Below, piece by piece: positions 33,172 to 42,454 of a stretch of 64,000 nucleotides of DNA; positions within the stretch are counted from its first letter, which is position 1, and each line of letters begins with the position of its first letter. A program made the translations under genes and the position numbers. The notes beneath the pieces are model-generated. The model searched no databases. It saw only the letters and a list, made by a program, of their open reading frames with translations, and was not told where the DNA came from. This DNA comes from an uncultured Acidobacteriota bacterium (lineage in GTDB: Bacteria > Acidobacteriota > UBA6911): assembly GCA_963843575.1 (NCBI GenBank), contig CAWJKZ010000021.1, positions 158,962 through 222,961 of the forward strand, written 5' to 3'.

Positions 33172-33826
33172 CGAGCGCGATCCTTTCTGCCAGCCCCAGG
33201 GTCGACAGCAGCGCGTAGGTGCGGGTGTCGGAAGGCCGCTGCAGGAATACGCGCACGTCGCCGGCATCGTCCAGGTCCAGGGCCAGTCGCGGGTTTTCGA
33301 CGATGACGGGGGACGAGCCGGCGCGCAGCGCCTCCTGGGTGTGGAGGACGAGGCTGCGGCGCGCCGAAACGCGAAGGGAAGAGGTCCGGCGGGGACCGGA
33401 GTATCGCGTTGGTGCCGGTGCCGTCGAGCGACGGGACCAGGACCGTGCAACCTGGGCCGCCTGCCACTCCTGCCAGGGCCGCGACGTCTTCGGGAAGCAC
33501 GAGCGGCACGTCGGCGGGGATCCGCAGGGAGCGGCAGGCACCCCTCGAGCGACAGCTGCCGGCATGCCGCATCCACCGACGCGCTCTCCGACACCTGCGT
33601 CCGCTCGCAGAAAACCCTCCACCCCAACCGCGCCGCGTGGGCCGACGCGCGTTCGGAATTCGTCACGACGATCGACGGCCATCCGCGTCTGCGCCAGCGC
33701 CGCGGAGACATCCTCGAACATCGCCCACCACAGCGCCTCCCGTTCTGGCGGCCGGAGTACGTGGGCGAGCCGGAGCTTGGCGGCGGCAGGTGCCTTGACG
33801 GGGAGGATCACGGCCTCGCGGTTCAC
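33164..33826 (-). CDS. cofC: Phospholactate/PEP guanylyltransferase CofC/FbiD (frameshifted)
   Basis: ILPVKAPAAAKLRLAHVL..EREAL..AMFEDV, ADVPL, PSLDGTGTNAIL, RFG, LALDLDDAGD. Confidence 0.85.
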   Translation of the reverse strand: MNREAVILPVKAPAAAKLRLAHVLRPPEREALWWAMFEDVSAALAQTRMAVDRRDEFRTRVGPRGAVGVEGFLRADAGVGERVGGCGMPAAVARGVPAAPCGSPPTCRSCFPKTSRPWQEWQAAQVARSWSRRSTAPAPTRYSGPRRTSSLRVSARRSLVLHTQEALRAGSSPVIVENPRLALDLDDAGDVRVFLQRPSDTRTYALLSTLGLAERIALGA

Positions 33827-34755
33827 GGGATCATCTCCAGCAGCCGGCGGGCGAGCGCGACCCGGGCCGGCGGGTCGTCCATCAGGAGCGGCGCCGGACG
33901 CGGGGAAATACCGAGGCTGGCAACCCGGGCGCACTGGTCGCCGTCGAGTGCGTCGAGCAGAAAGATGTCGACGAAATCCCGGTACAGCGCGGCCACGCCG
34001 GCGGCCGAGACGTCGTGGCCCAGTTGCCGGAGCATCTCGGCCGTGGGGCCTTTCACGGCCCGCCCCGCGATGACGGGGCTGACGGCAAGCACGGGATGTC
34101 GTGGCTTTCACTAGCGCCTCCCGGATCCCGGGCACGGCCAGGATGGGCCCGATGCTGACGAACGGGTTGCTCGGGCAGACGATCACGGCGTCGGCCTGCG
34201 CGATGGCGTCGAGGACGCCGCCGGCCGGCTGCGAGACGTCGGCGCCCAGGTAGGTGAAGCCGTACTACGCGCGGTGCGCAGCGTCTCGCGACGAAATATT
34301 CCTGGAAGGGAAGATCGCCCTCGGCGGTGTGGACGAGGGTGGGCACCGGGCTGTCCGTCATCGGCAGATACGCGGCTCCGGACCCCTCTCCGGCGGCACA
34401 GGGCGTCCGTCGCCCTCGAGAGGTTGGTGCCGCCAGACAGGAGGGAAGTCCGGTAGACGTGGGTAGCCAGGTCGCGGTCCCCGATCCGGAACCATCGCCG
34501 GCCCGCCCAGGCGCCCCATCTCGTCGAGCATGGCGAAAGTGTCGCCCTGGACTCCCCCAGCCGGTGTCCGCGTTGGCACGGCCCGCAAGCGTGTAGATGA
34601 TCGTGTCGATGTCCGGGCAGACCCGGAGGCCCATCCAGTCGAAGTCGTCTCCCGTGTTGACGATCACGGTCAGGTCTTCGGGCGGCAGCGACTTCGACCA
34701 GCCCCGACACAAGCCTGGCGGCGCCGACCCCGCCGGCGAGAGCTGTGATCTTCAT
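33823..34755 (-). CDS. cofD: 2-phospho-L-lactate transferase CofD/FbiA (frameshifted)
   Basis: ALAGGVGAAR, IVNTGDD, VCPDIDT, IGDRDLATH, FQEYFV, CPSNPFVSIGPIL, SPVIAGRAVKGPTA. Confidence 0.9.
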
Positions 34756-34809
34756 CCTCGGCTCCGCGCACCCCCCGCCGCAGGCGGGAAGCGCTTCTCA
34801 GCATGCAGG

Positions 34810-35469
34810 CTACAGGCCCTCGATCCGGAAGCGCGCTCCCCTGCGCTTGTAGCGGCGATTGAGGGAGATGGCCAGGAAACGTCATGCGCTCCAGGGCCCG
34901 TGCCATCGCCAGGGGCCCGGCGTCAAGCGGCCGCAGGTGCGGGATCAGGGCCGCCGTCTCCATGACGCTGTCGCGCGCCGTCTTCGTATCGCCGCATACA
35001 AACACGTCGCAGCGCAGTTCGGTCCCGAGCTCCGCGAGCGCGTGCGCCGGTATGGTCTTGAAGGCGCACACCAGGGCCACACCTTCGGGGACGTGCCGTG
35101 CGATCCAGTTCCGCGTTCGAGCCCGATTCCTGCTCGACGAAGACGGGCCCCCCTGCCGTGAAGTCGATCGGTACGGTCACGTCGACCACGATCTGACCCG
35201 GTCGGAAATCGGCGCGGCAGGATTCCAGGGCCTCGACCGCGCCCGCGTACGGAACGGTGAGAAAGACGAGGTCGCACCGCGCCAGCATTTCAGCGTTGCC
35301 GCAGCCCTCGACCGCCTTTGCGCCGAAGCGTCGAGTTGCAGCCGTCGGCAGCGAGGCGGGCGCGCTCCGCCAAGCGGGACCCCAACACGACCGGGACCCC
35401 CGCCGCGGCGAAACGCAGCGCCAGGCCCTTGCCTTCTACCCCGGTCCCACCCAGAAAACCGATTTCCAT
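34810..35469 (-). CDS. fno: NADPH-dependent F420 reductase (frameshifted)
   Basis: MEIGFLGGTGVEGKGLALRFA..G..V.LGSR, LTVPY, VVDVTVP, AFKTIPAH, DAGPLAMARALE; directly upstream of cofD. Confidence 0.8.
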
Positions 35470-35866
35470 CCCGACTCCCCCCGGCCACGGATAAAGGAAG
35501 TTCGAGTTGCCGTCCAGATGACGATAGCACGACCCGAATGACTGCGCGTCAAGAATGCAATCCTTCGCAATTCTTGGAGGCCTTCGAGAAGCCTTTGAGG
35601 TCAGTATTTACCAGATAACCCCAAGGCGCCAAGAGCTCGACTAATCGGCGAGACGGGTGCTCCCGGTTCAACCATTTGAGCATGAATATATGTCGCTGTG
35701 TATAGCATAACCCGAATGCGCAAACAGCCGTACCCGGCGATGACCCGTATTCCCGGGCCGAGCCATTTCCGGAGGCACAAGGCCCTGCGCGTGGTATAAG
35801 AGAACATTCTGTTGACATGATCCGACGAGGGCAGGTCCGGAACGGTGCGCTCCGGACTGACACGAC

Positions 35867-35895
35867 TTGCCGCACTCGCGCTGTTTTCTTATAAT
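35867..35895 (+). promoter_or_regulatory. Sigma70-type promoter of the methyltransferase gene
   Basis: TTGCCG 35867-35872, 17 nt, TATAAT 35890-35895. Confidence 0.7.
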
Positions 35896-35930
35896 GTCCG
35901 TCGATTTAGGGCTTGAACGGATTGAGACCG

Positions 35931-36581
35931 ATGCATCTGGCCACGAACCGAATTTTCCTGCAGAATGTCGCCCGCGACTTCAAGCGGACCGGGGCGGTCG
36001 CCCCGTCCTCCAAGGCCCTGGCCCTGTCGATTACCGGTGAACTGGCGCGGCACTACAGGTCTCCTGCGTCGGTTCTCGAGGTCGGGGCCGGGACCGGCAG
36101 CATCACCGAGGAAATCGTCCGGCACCTCTCCGCCGGCGACCGCCTGGACGTGTATGAGATCGACCGGCGCTTTTCCTCTCTGATCCGGCACCGCCTGAAG
36201 GAGGACCCAGCGTTCCGCGGGGTGAAGGCCGCCGTGAGGGTTTTCAACAAGCCGATCGAGGCGATCCAGCGCGAGCCGAACTACGACTTTGTCATATCAT
36301 GTCTCCCCTTCACGAACTTCGCCCCGGACGCAGTGCGGAACATCTTCGAGATCTACCGCGCCGTGCTGAAACCCGGCGGGATATGCAGCTTTTATGAGTA
36401 TTTATTCATGAGGCGGGCCGTGCGCATCATCAGCGGCAGGCCCGAAGAGCGCAGGAGGGTGGCCGGGGTATCGTTTGTGGTCCGCAGCTACGTTACCACG
36501 TACAGCTACAAGCACGCCGTCGTCGTCCGAAACCTGCCGCCGGCCATGATCCACCACATACGCTTCGCCGACGCGGCGTGA
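35931..36581 (+). CDS. Class I SAM methyltransferase, PmtA (phospholipid N-methyltransferase)-like
   Basis: TGAVAPSSKALA, VLEVGAGTGSIT, VYEID, VISCLPF, RNLPPA. Confidence 0.8.
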   Translation: MHLATNRIFLQNVARDFKRTGAVAPSSKALALSITGELARHYRSPASVLEVGAGTGSITEEIVRHLSAGDRLDVYEIDRRFSSLIRHRLKEDPAFRGVKAAVRVFNKPIEAIQREPNYDFVISCLPFTNFAPDAVRNIFEIYRAVLKPGGICSFYEYLFMRRAVRIISGRPEERRRVAGVSFVVRSYVTTYSYKHAVVVRNLPPAMIHHIRFADAA

Positions 36582-36629
36582 GTGGAGCAGGCCGTCCGCT
36601 CGCGCCGACACGGCACCGGAGGTCCCCCC

Positions 36630-37028
36630 ATGCGTTGCCGAGACGCCCGACGGGTCACCATGGCAGCCGTGGGGCTGTGGCTCCTGCTTTATGCGCCGAC
36701 GGTGGGCTCGGGAGGGGTGGCCGAAGACGCAGACGTCGCCGGGACCTGGGACATGACGGTCGAGTCGCCTCAGGGCAGCGGGCATTCGACCGTGGTACTG
36801 CGTCAGGACGGTAGCCGGCTCACCGGTACCTACCGGGGCCGTATCGGCGAGAGTGCTCTCGAGGGCATCATCCACGAGGACCAGATCCGGTTTTCAGTCA
36901 CCCTCAAGTTCAAAGACCAGCCAATCACCGTCACCTACACGGGCAGTGTTGACAGGCAGACGATGCGCGGCACTGCGCAGTTCGGCGACTACGCTTCGGC
37001 CGACTGGTCCGCCAGGCGCAAGCCCTGA
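36630..37028 (+). CDS. Exported small beta-rich hypothetical protein
   Basis: GGAGG RBS, signal peptide, DVAGTWDMTVESPQG...LRQDGSRLTGTY. Confidence 0.65.
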   Translation: MRCRDARRVTMAAVGLWLLLYAPTVGSGGVAEDADVAGTWDMTVESPQGSGHSTVVLRQDGSRLTGTYRGRIGESALEGIIHEDQIRFSVTLKFKDQPITVTYTGSVDRQTMRGTAQFGDYASADWSARRKP

Positions 37029-37217
37029 AGGTCCCCCGAGAAACTTGCCCATCCGTGGATTTTGCCTGAATTCACTGATCCAGGTCCGCTCAGCGCCGTG
37101 CCGTGCCCGTCCACTTTCCGTGGTGGTATTCTTCTGATCATAAGCGTCCACGGGGCTCTCCCCCGGCGCGTGTCGCGTCCGGGACCCGGTGGCGCACAGG
37201 GTGGCGGAGGCAGGGCT

Positions 37218-37613
37218 ATGGCCGATAAGGGTAGAAAGACGGCAGCCGAGTGGAAGGAGCAACTTACGGCGGAGCAGTTCGACGTGACTCGGAACAAGGG
37301 CACCGAGCGTCCCTTCACGGGAAAGTACTGGGATCACCACGAGGCCGGGACCTACCGGTGTGTCTGCTGCGGAAACGAACTCTTTCGTTCGGCCACCAAA
37401 TACGATTCCGGTACCGGTTGGCCGAGTTTTTTCGCGCCGGCCTCGGAGCAGGCGGTGCGCGCCGTGCGGGATGACACTCACGGGATGATCCGAACGGAGG
37501 TGGTCTGCAGCCAGTGCGACGCCCACCTGGGGCACGTCTTCGATGACGGCCCCGCGCCCACGCGGCTCCGGTACTGTCTGAACTCGGCGGCGCTCGATTT
37601 CGAAGGCGGGTAG
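37218..37613 (+). CDS. msrB: Peptide-methionine (R)-S-oxide reductase
   Basis: [51 protein letters not shown]. Confidence 0.95.
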   Translation: MADKGRKTAAEWKEQLTAEQFDVTRNKGTERPFTGKYWDHHEAGTYRCVCCGNELFRSATKYDSGTGWPSFFAPASEQAVRAVRDDTHGMIRTEVVCSQCDAHLGHVFDDGPAPTRLRYCLNSAALDFEGG

Positions 37614-37774
37614 GCCGGATGCGAAATCCCCGCCTGGGGCGGGGTACACGTCCCTCGGACCCTCGATCCACGCTTGCATTTGCGCCTCCGATCGGGCAGC
37701 ATTTTCTCAGGATTTCGGGTGCGGGCGGGTGTCTCACCATCTGATTCGCCCTAGTTTAAAAATCCGGGGTTAGG

Positions 37775-38980
37775 GTGATGGGGCGGTTTCTGAGGGGCCT
37801 CGCGGGGCGGAGCTTTGTCACCTCGCAGTTGCTGGCTGTCTTCGGGTTTTCGCTGCTGCTCGGGGTCGGCCCGGCAACCCAGGCGTGGCAGGACACGCAG
37901 TCCACGCAGCGCCGCTCGGAAGCCATCACGCGGGAGGAGTTCGCTCACTTCGTCAACGACTACTCCGAAGACGACGGGTTCTTCAGGTCGGACAATTTCG
38001 TCTCCAACGAGACCTCGTACCTGCACATCCTCGACAAGCTGCACTCCCTCCAGGCGCATGGCGGCGCCTACATCGGGGTCGGGCCGGAGCAGAATTTCAC
38101 CTACATCGCCAAAATCCGGCCCCGCATCGCCTTCATTGTCGACATCCGCCGGCAGGCCGTGATCCAGCACCTGATGTTCAAGGCCCTCTTCGCCCTGTCG
38201 GACACCCGGGCCGAGTTTCTCTCCTACCTGTTCAGCAAGCCGCTAAACGGGTCGACTGCCTCTTCGGGCGCCGCCGGCATCCGGGACACCCTTGAGTACT
38301 TCGCCAACACGCCGACGGATCCGGCGGCTTTTGCGCGCAACTTGGCCCTCATCCGCCGGACCATACGGGACCAATTCGGAGTTCCACTCTCGGACCGGGA
38401 CCAGACTTCCCTCGAGTACGTGTATTCCGCCTTTCGCGACGAGAACCTCGGAATCCAGTACCGGTCGGGCGGCCCGAACTGGTCGGGTAGCCCCTGGGGC
38501 GACTTCCCGACGCTCCGGGAACTGATCCTGGAACCGGATCTGACGGGGCGTCTGGGAAACTTTCTCGCCACCCAGGACGACTTCGATTTCGTGCGCCAGA
38601 TGCAGCAGCAAAACCGGATCGTCCCAATCGTCGGCGATTTTGCCGGGACCAAGGCGCTCGCGTCGGTCGCCGACTACCTGAAGCGCAGCGGTTACTCCGT
38701 CACAGCCTTCTACACCTCCAACGTCGAGCAATACCTCTTTGCCAACGGCGTGTTTGGGGCCTTCGAACAGAACGTCAAGAGGCTGCCGATCACCGAGCAC
38801 AGTGTCTTCATCCGCGCCTTCCCCAACATGCGCGACCCTCACCCGGCCCGGATCGGGAACCACCGGCTGACGACCCTGCTCCAGAAGATCGACGTTTTTG
38901 TCGACGACTACGAGCGGGGCGTCTACCAGGATTACTGGACGCTCGTCACCACCCACTTCATCGCCGCCGAGGCCCGCTAG
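37775..38980 (+). CDS. Conserved exported hypothetical protein, possible SAM-binding-like fold
   Basis: Intact 401-aa ORF with signal peptide; DNFVSNETSY, GGAYIGVGPEQNFTYIA, FYTSNVEQYLF. Confidence 0.7.
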   Translation: MMGRFLRGLAGRSFVTSQLLAVFGFSLLLGVGPATQAWQDTQSTQRRSEAITREEFAHFVNDYSEDDGFFRSDNFVSNETSYLHILDKLHSLQAHGGAYIGVGPEQNFTYIAKIRPRIAFIVDIRRQAVIQHLMFKALFALSDTRAEFLSYLFSKPLNGSTASSGAAGIRDTLEYFANTPTDPAAFARNLALIRRTIRDQFGVPLSDRDQTSLEYVYSAFRDENLGIQYRSGGPNWSGSPWGDFPTLRELILEPDLTGRLGNFLATQDDFDFVRQMQQQNRIVPIVGDFAGTKALASVADYLKRSGYSVTAFYTSNVEQYLFANGVFGAFEQNVKRLPITEHSVFIRAFPNMRDPHPARIGNHRLTTLLQKIDVFVDDYERGVYQDYWTLVTTHFIAAEAR

Positions 38981-39127
38981 CCCGGGTTTCGAACCGAGGA
39001 CATTTTCATGCCGGACGACGGGAAAGGCTGAAACTCATCCCCACGCCGGGCTGCGGGCCCCGGGCGCCACATAGCTCTAATGCTCCGCACGGTGTGAACC
39101 GATCTGCACAATGGCGGCGATTTCCAT

Positions 39128-40609
39128 ATGAGCGAGCTTCCCTTGGCCCTGCAGCAGCGGCTCAGATCATGCCGGACACTGCCGAGCATCCCGGCGGTTG
39201 TCTTGGAGGTGCTGGACCTCTGCCAGCGCGACGATGTGGCCATACAGGAGGTGGCCAGAGTGCTGGCGCGCGACCCGGCGCTCGCCGCGAAGGTGCTGAC
39301 GGTGGCGAATTCCGCCTGGTACGGGTTGCGTTCGCAGGTCACGACGCTGGACCGGGCGCTCGCCTTGCTCGGCATAAACGCGACGCTCAGCCTGGCGCTG
39401 AGCTTCTCGTTCGTGCGCGGACTGCGCGGGTCAGGGTGGGTGAGGTTTGATCATCAGGCCTACTGGCGCAGGTCGGCCATCGCAGCCACCGCCGCCAGGG
39501 TGATCGGCCGATACGAGTGCGACGCTACCCCGGATGAGCTCTTCCTTGCCGGTCTGCTGCAGGACATCGGCATGCTGGCGCTGAACGAAGCCATCCCGGA
39601 ACTCTATGACCCGATCGTTGCCGAGGCGAAGGGCGACCATCAAAAGCTGATGGTGCTCGAACGCGAGAAACTCGGGGCCGACCACGCAGCGAGCGGCGAG
39701 TGGCTGCTTCGGAACTGGAACCTGCCCGAGAAGCTGCAAAGGGCCGTTGCCGGCAGCCATCAGGCGGAGCCGGGTGCCGAGGCGGACTACTTCGCCCTCA
39801 GCGTCGCGCTGGCGGGCAGGGTGGCGGAGATCTGGACCCACCCCGACAACACCGCGGCCGCCGACGCGCGCGAGGCTTCCATACGCCTGCTCGACATCCC
39901 AGCCGGGCGGTTCGACGAGATGCTGGGCGAGATCGCCCGGGCCCTGCCGGAGGTCACCGCAAACCTCGACATCGACATCGGGGGCGAGGAAGAGATCACC
40001 CGGCTGCTGGATCGGGCGCGCGAGGCGCTTGTGTCCCTGGTCATGCAGGCACAGCAGCAGGTACGCGAAATCCGCGAGCAGTCGCAGAACGACGGGCTCA
40101 CCGGCCTGTGCAACCGCGCCCACCTCGATGAGGTCATGGCGGCCCGGTTTCTGGAGGCGCAGCGGATGGCCCAGCCGTTGAGCGTCGTCTTCATTGACCT
40201 CGACCACTTCAAGAGCATCAACGACGCCTACGGACACCAGGCGGGAGACCAGGTGCTGATCTCCGTCGCCGATGTCCTCCGGAATTGTCTTCGGTCCCGC
40301 GACGTGGTCGGCCGCTACGGCGGCGAGGAGTTCGTCGGCGTGCTCCCGAACACCCCGGCCGCGGCGGCCACGCTCGTGGCCGAACGCCTGCGTGCAGCGG
40401 TGGCGGCGCGGCGCCATCGGATCGGGGAAGGGCTGGACGTGGAGGTGACGATATCCGTGGGCTGCGCGACCGGCTCGCCCGAGAAGCCATTTCCCTCCAG
40501 CAAAGAATTGCTCGAGGCCGCAGATCGCTGCCTTTACGCCGCCAAGGGGCTTGGGCGCAACCGCGTGGTGGTGCTCAAAGATCTCTCCACGGCCGTGAAC
40601 CAGGACTGA
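39128..40609 (+). CDS. HDOD-GGDEF diguanylate cyclase
   Basis: LPSIP, DPALAAKVLTVANSA, AGLLQDIG, WNLP; DGLTGLCNR, DLDHFKSINDAYGH, RSRD I-site, GGEEF. Confidence 0.92.
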   Translation: MSELPLALQQRLRSCRTLPSIPAVVLEVLDLCQRDDVAIQEVARVLARDPALAAKVLTVANSAWYGLRSQVTTLDRALALLGINATLSLALSFSFVRGLRGSGWVRFDHQAYWRRSAIAATAARVIGRYECDATPDELFLAGLLQDIGMLALNEAIPELYDPIVAEAKGDHQKLMVLEREKLGADHAASGEWLLRNWNLPEKLQRAVAGSHQAEPGAEADYFALSVALAGRVAEIWTHPDNTAAADAREASIRLLDIPAGRFDEMLGEIARALPEVTANLDIDIGGEEEITRLLDRAREALVSLVMQAQQQVREIREQSQNDGLTGLCNRAHLDEVMAARFLEAQRMAQPLSVVFIDLDHFKSINDAYGHQAGDQVLISVADVLRNCLRSRDVVGRYGGEEFVGVLPNTPAAAATLVAERLRAAVAARRHRIGEGLDVEVTISVGCATGSPEKPFPSSKELLEAADRCLYAAKGLGRNRVVVLKDLSTAVNQD

Positions 40610-40618
40610 CCCGCCGAA

Positions 40619-41401
40619 TCAGTCCCTCCGCCTTTCGGGCACCTTCAGAAGGCGTCGCAACTCGGACTCCAGTCCCGGTGCGCAGATGACGCAGTTCCCG
40701 GCGTCGATCCGTCCGGAACCGTCTCGTGCGAAAAAGGCGGCGCCGCATTCGCGCGAGATCACCCGGGCGGGCGCGTAGTCCCATTCCATGCCGCTGCCGC
40801 TCAGCCAGATGTCGGCCCTGCCCCGGGCCAGGGTCGCCACGTCGTAGCATCCGCCGTAGCAGCGGACCGTCCAGCAGTTCCGGGTCAGGTGCCGGATCGC
40901 CTCCTCCGGCCATTGCCCCCAGGCCGAACTGAACCCGCTCACCATCAGGACCGCCTTGTCCAGTCTGGCGACCGTGGAGGCGGAGCAGGGCACCCCATTG
41001 CAGTAAGCGCCGCCCCCTGCGACGGCGTGATACAACTCGCCGAGGCAGGGGAAGTAGATGAGACCCAGCACGACCTCGCCCCCCTGCTGCAATGCGATCT
41101 GGACCGACCAGAAGGCGTTCCGCCGGACGAAATCCCGGGTACCGTCGATCGGATCCACCAGCCACCGCCGGTCCGACGAGGCCTTCCTGAAGGTGCCCTC
41201 CTCCCCGACGATGCCGTCGGCCGGGAAGGCGGCCGCCAGCGCGCCGCCGATCAGGGCCTCGCACTCCCTGTCGGCCTCCGTCACGGGGGAGCGGTCCGAT
41301 TTCTCCTCGGCGGGGGTTTCACGGGCGAAATAGCTCAACGCCAGCGCCCCGGCGTTGCGGGCGATGTCCTGTGCACGATCGAGTTCTGTCTGATACGGCA
41401 T
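40619..41401 (-). CDS. Inositol monophosphatase family (HisN-like)
   Basis: SPVTEADRECE, GEE, WLVDPIDGTRDF, WDYAP. Confidence 0.88.
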   Translation of the reverse strand: MPYQTELDRAQDIARNAGALALSYFARETPAEEKSDRSPVTEADRECEALIGGALAAAFPADGIVGEEGTFRKASSDRRWLVDPIDGTRDFVRRNAFWSVQIALQQGGEVVLGLIYFPCLGELYHAVAGGGAYCNGVPCSASTVARLDKAVLMVSGFSSAWGQWPEEAIRHLTRNCWTVRCYGGCYDVATLARGRADIWLSGSGMEWDYAPARVISRECGAAFFARDGSGRIDAGNCVICAPGLESELRRLLKVPERRRD

Positions 41402-41584
41402 AGTCTCCCGGGATTCCCGCCCGATCCATGGTTTTTACCTCATTCGCCGGCTTTAGTCCACCCGAGTGGGCCGCGACGGCTCGACGCGGCTCCGGATTCG
41501 ACTCGACCCGCTTTCGGGAAACAGCGTGCGGCACGCCCCCGTCATCTGCTATTCTCGCCGCACACAACAGATCGAGGGGGAATT

Positions 41585-42364
41585 ATGCGACGCCGAAGAT
41601 TTCTCAAAGCCAGCCTGGCCGCCGGTGTGGCGGCGGGTATCCCCGCTGCGGCCGCCGAGGTAGGGCCGAAGTATCTTGCTCTGGAATGGTATCGCTGCCG
41701 CCGCGACCAGGACGTGCAACGCCTGCGCGAGTTTTTCGGCGCATCGATGCTGCCTGCGTACGGCCGGGCGGGTCTCAGGACGGTCGGGCTCTTCCAGGTC
41801 TCGGTGGGTCCCGACAGCCCGTCGTTTCTCGTCCTGACGGAGTACGCGTCCATCGGGGCCGTTCAGGAGACCGCCGCCAGGCTGCTCCGGGACGAGAAGT
41901 GGTCGGCCGACCTGGTCGCCCTGGACGAGAAGTGGGACCTGGCGTACGACCGCCGGGAAGCGTGGCTCCTCCGCGGATTCAAATCTTTTCCGGGTATCGA
42001 GCTCCCCAAGACGCTCGAGCCTGGACGCGCCAACCTCTTCGAGCTGAGAATCTACGAATCGCGCAACCTGCAGGGACACCTGCGCAAGGTGTCGATGTTC
42101 GACAACGGCGAGATCGATGTCTTCCGCAAGGTGGGGATCGCGCCGGTGTTCTTCGGTTCCACCGTGTACGGGCCGAACCTGCCGAACCTGGCGTACATGA
42201 TCTGTTTTCCGTCGATCGAGGCCCGCAGCGAGGCCTGGACGAAGTTCGGCCAGGACCCGGACTGGAAGAGGATGTCCACCGCTCCCGGCAGCGCAGACCG
42301 GGAGCTCGTATCCCGCATTTCGAACCAGCTGCTCACGGCGCTGCCGGGGTCGCAGGTGAAATAG
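41585..42364 (+). CDS. Tat-exported NIPSNAP-family protein
   Basis: MRRRRFLK twin-arginine signal; LFELRIYES, KVSMFDNGEI, PNLAYM, F..DPDWK. Confidence 0.85.
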   Translation: MRRRRFLKASLAAGVAAGIPAAAAEVGPKYLALEWYRCRRDQDVQRLREFFGASMLPAYGRAGLRTVGLFQVSVGPDSPSFLVLTEYASIGAVQETAARLLRDEKWSADLVALDEKWDLAYDRREAWLLRGFKSFPGIELPKTLEPGRANLFELRIYESRNLQGHLRKVSMFDNGEIDVFRKVGIAPVFFGSTVYGPNLPNLAYMICFPSIEARSEAWTKFGQDPDWKRMSTAPGSADRELVSRISNQLLTALPGSQVK

Positions 42365-42454
42365 GAATACGGTTTTCACGGCCGCTCCCCAGCCCGCGAA
42401 TGTCGGCGAAGCTTGTCGCTGTGAAACGCCGCCCCGGTATGGTTAAATTTCTGT

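Noticed and set aside
35549-35683. 44-aa small ORF (MLKWLNREHP...) upstream of fno
   Set aside because: Lies in an AT-richer divergent promoter region with no clear RBS or codon bias; unsupported.
35830-35862. SRP-RNA-like CAGGTCCGGAA
   Set aside because: Lacks the GGAAGCAGC continuation and the enclosing long helix; it is only a short TCCGGA inverted repeat.
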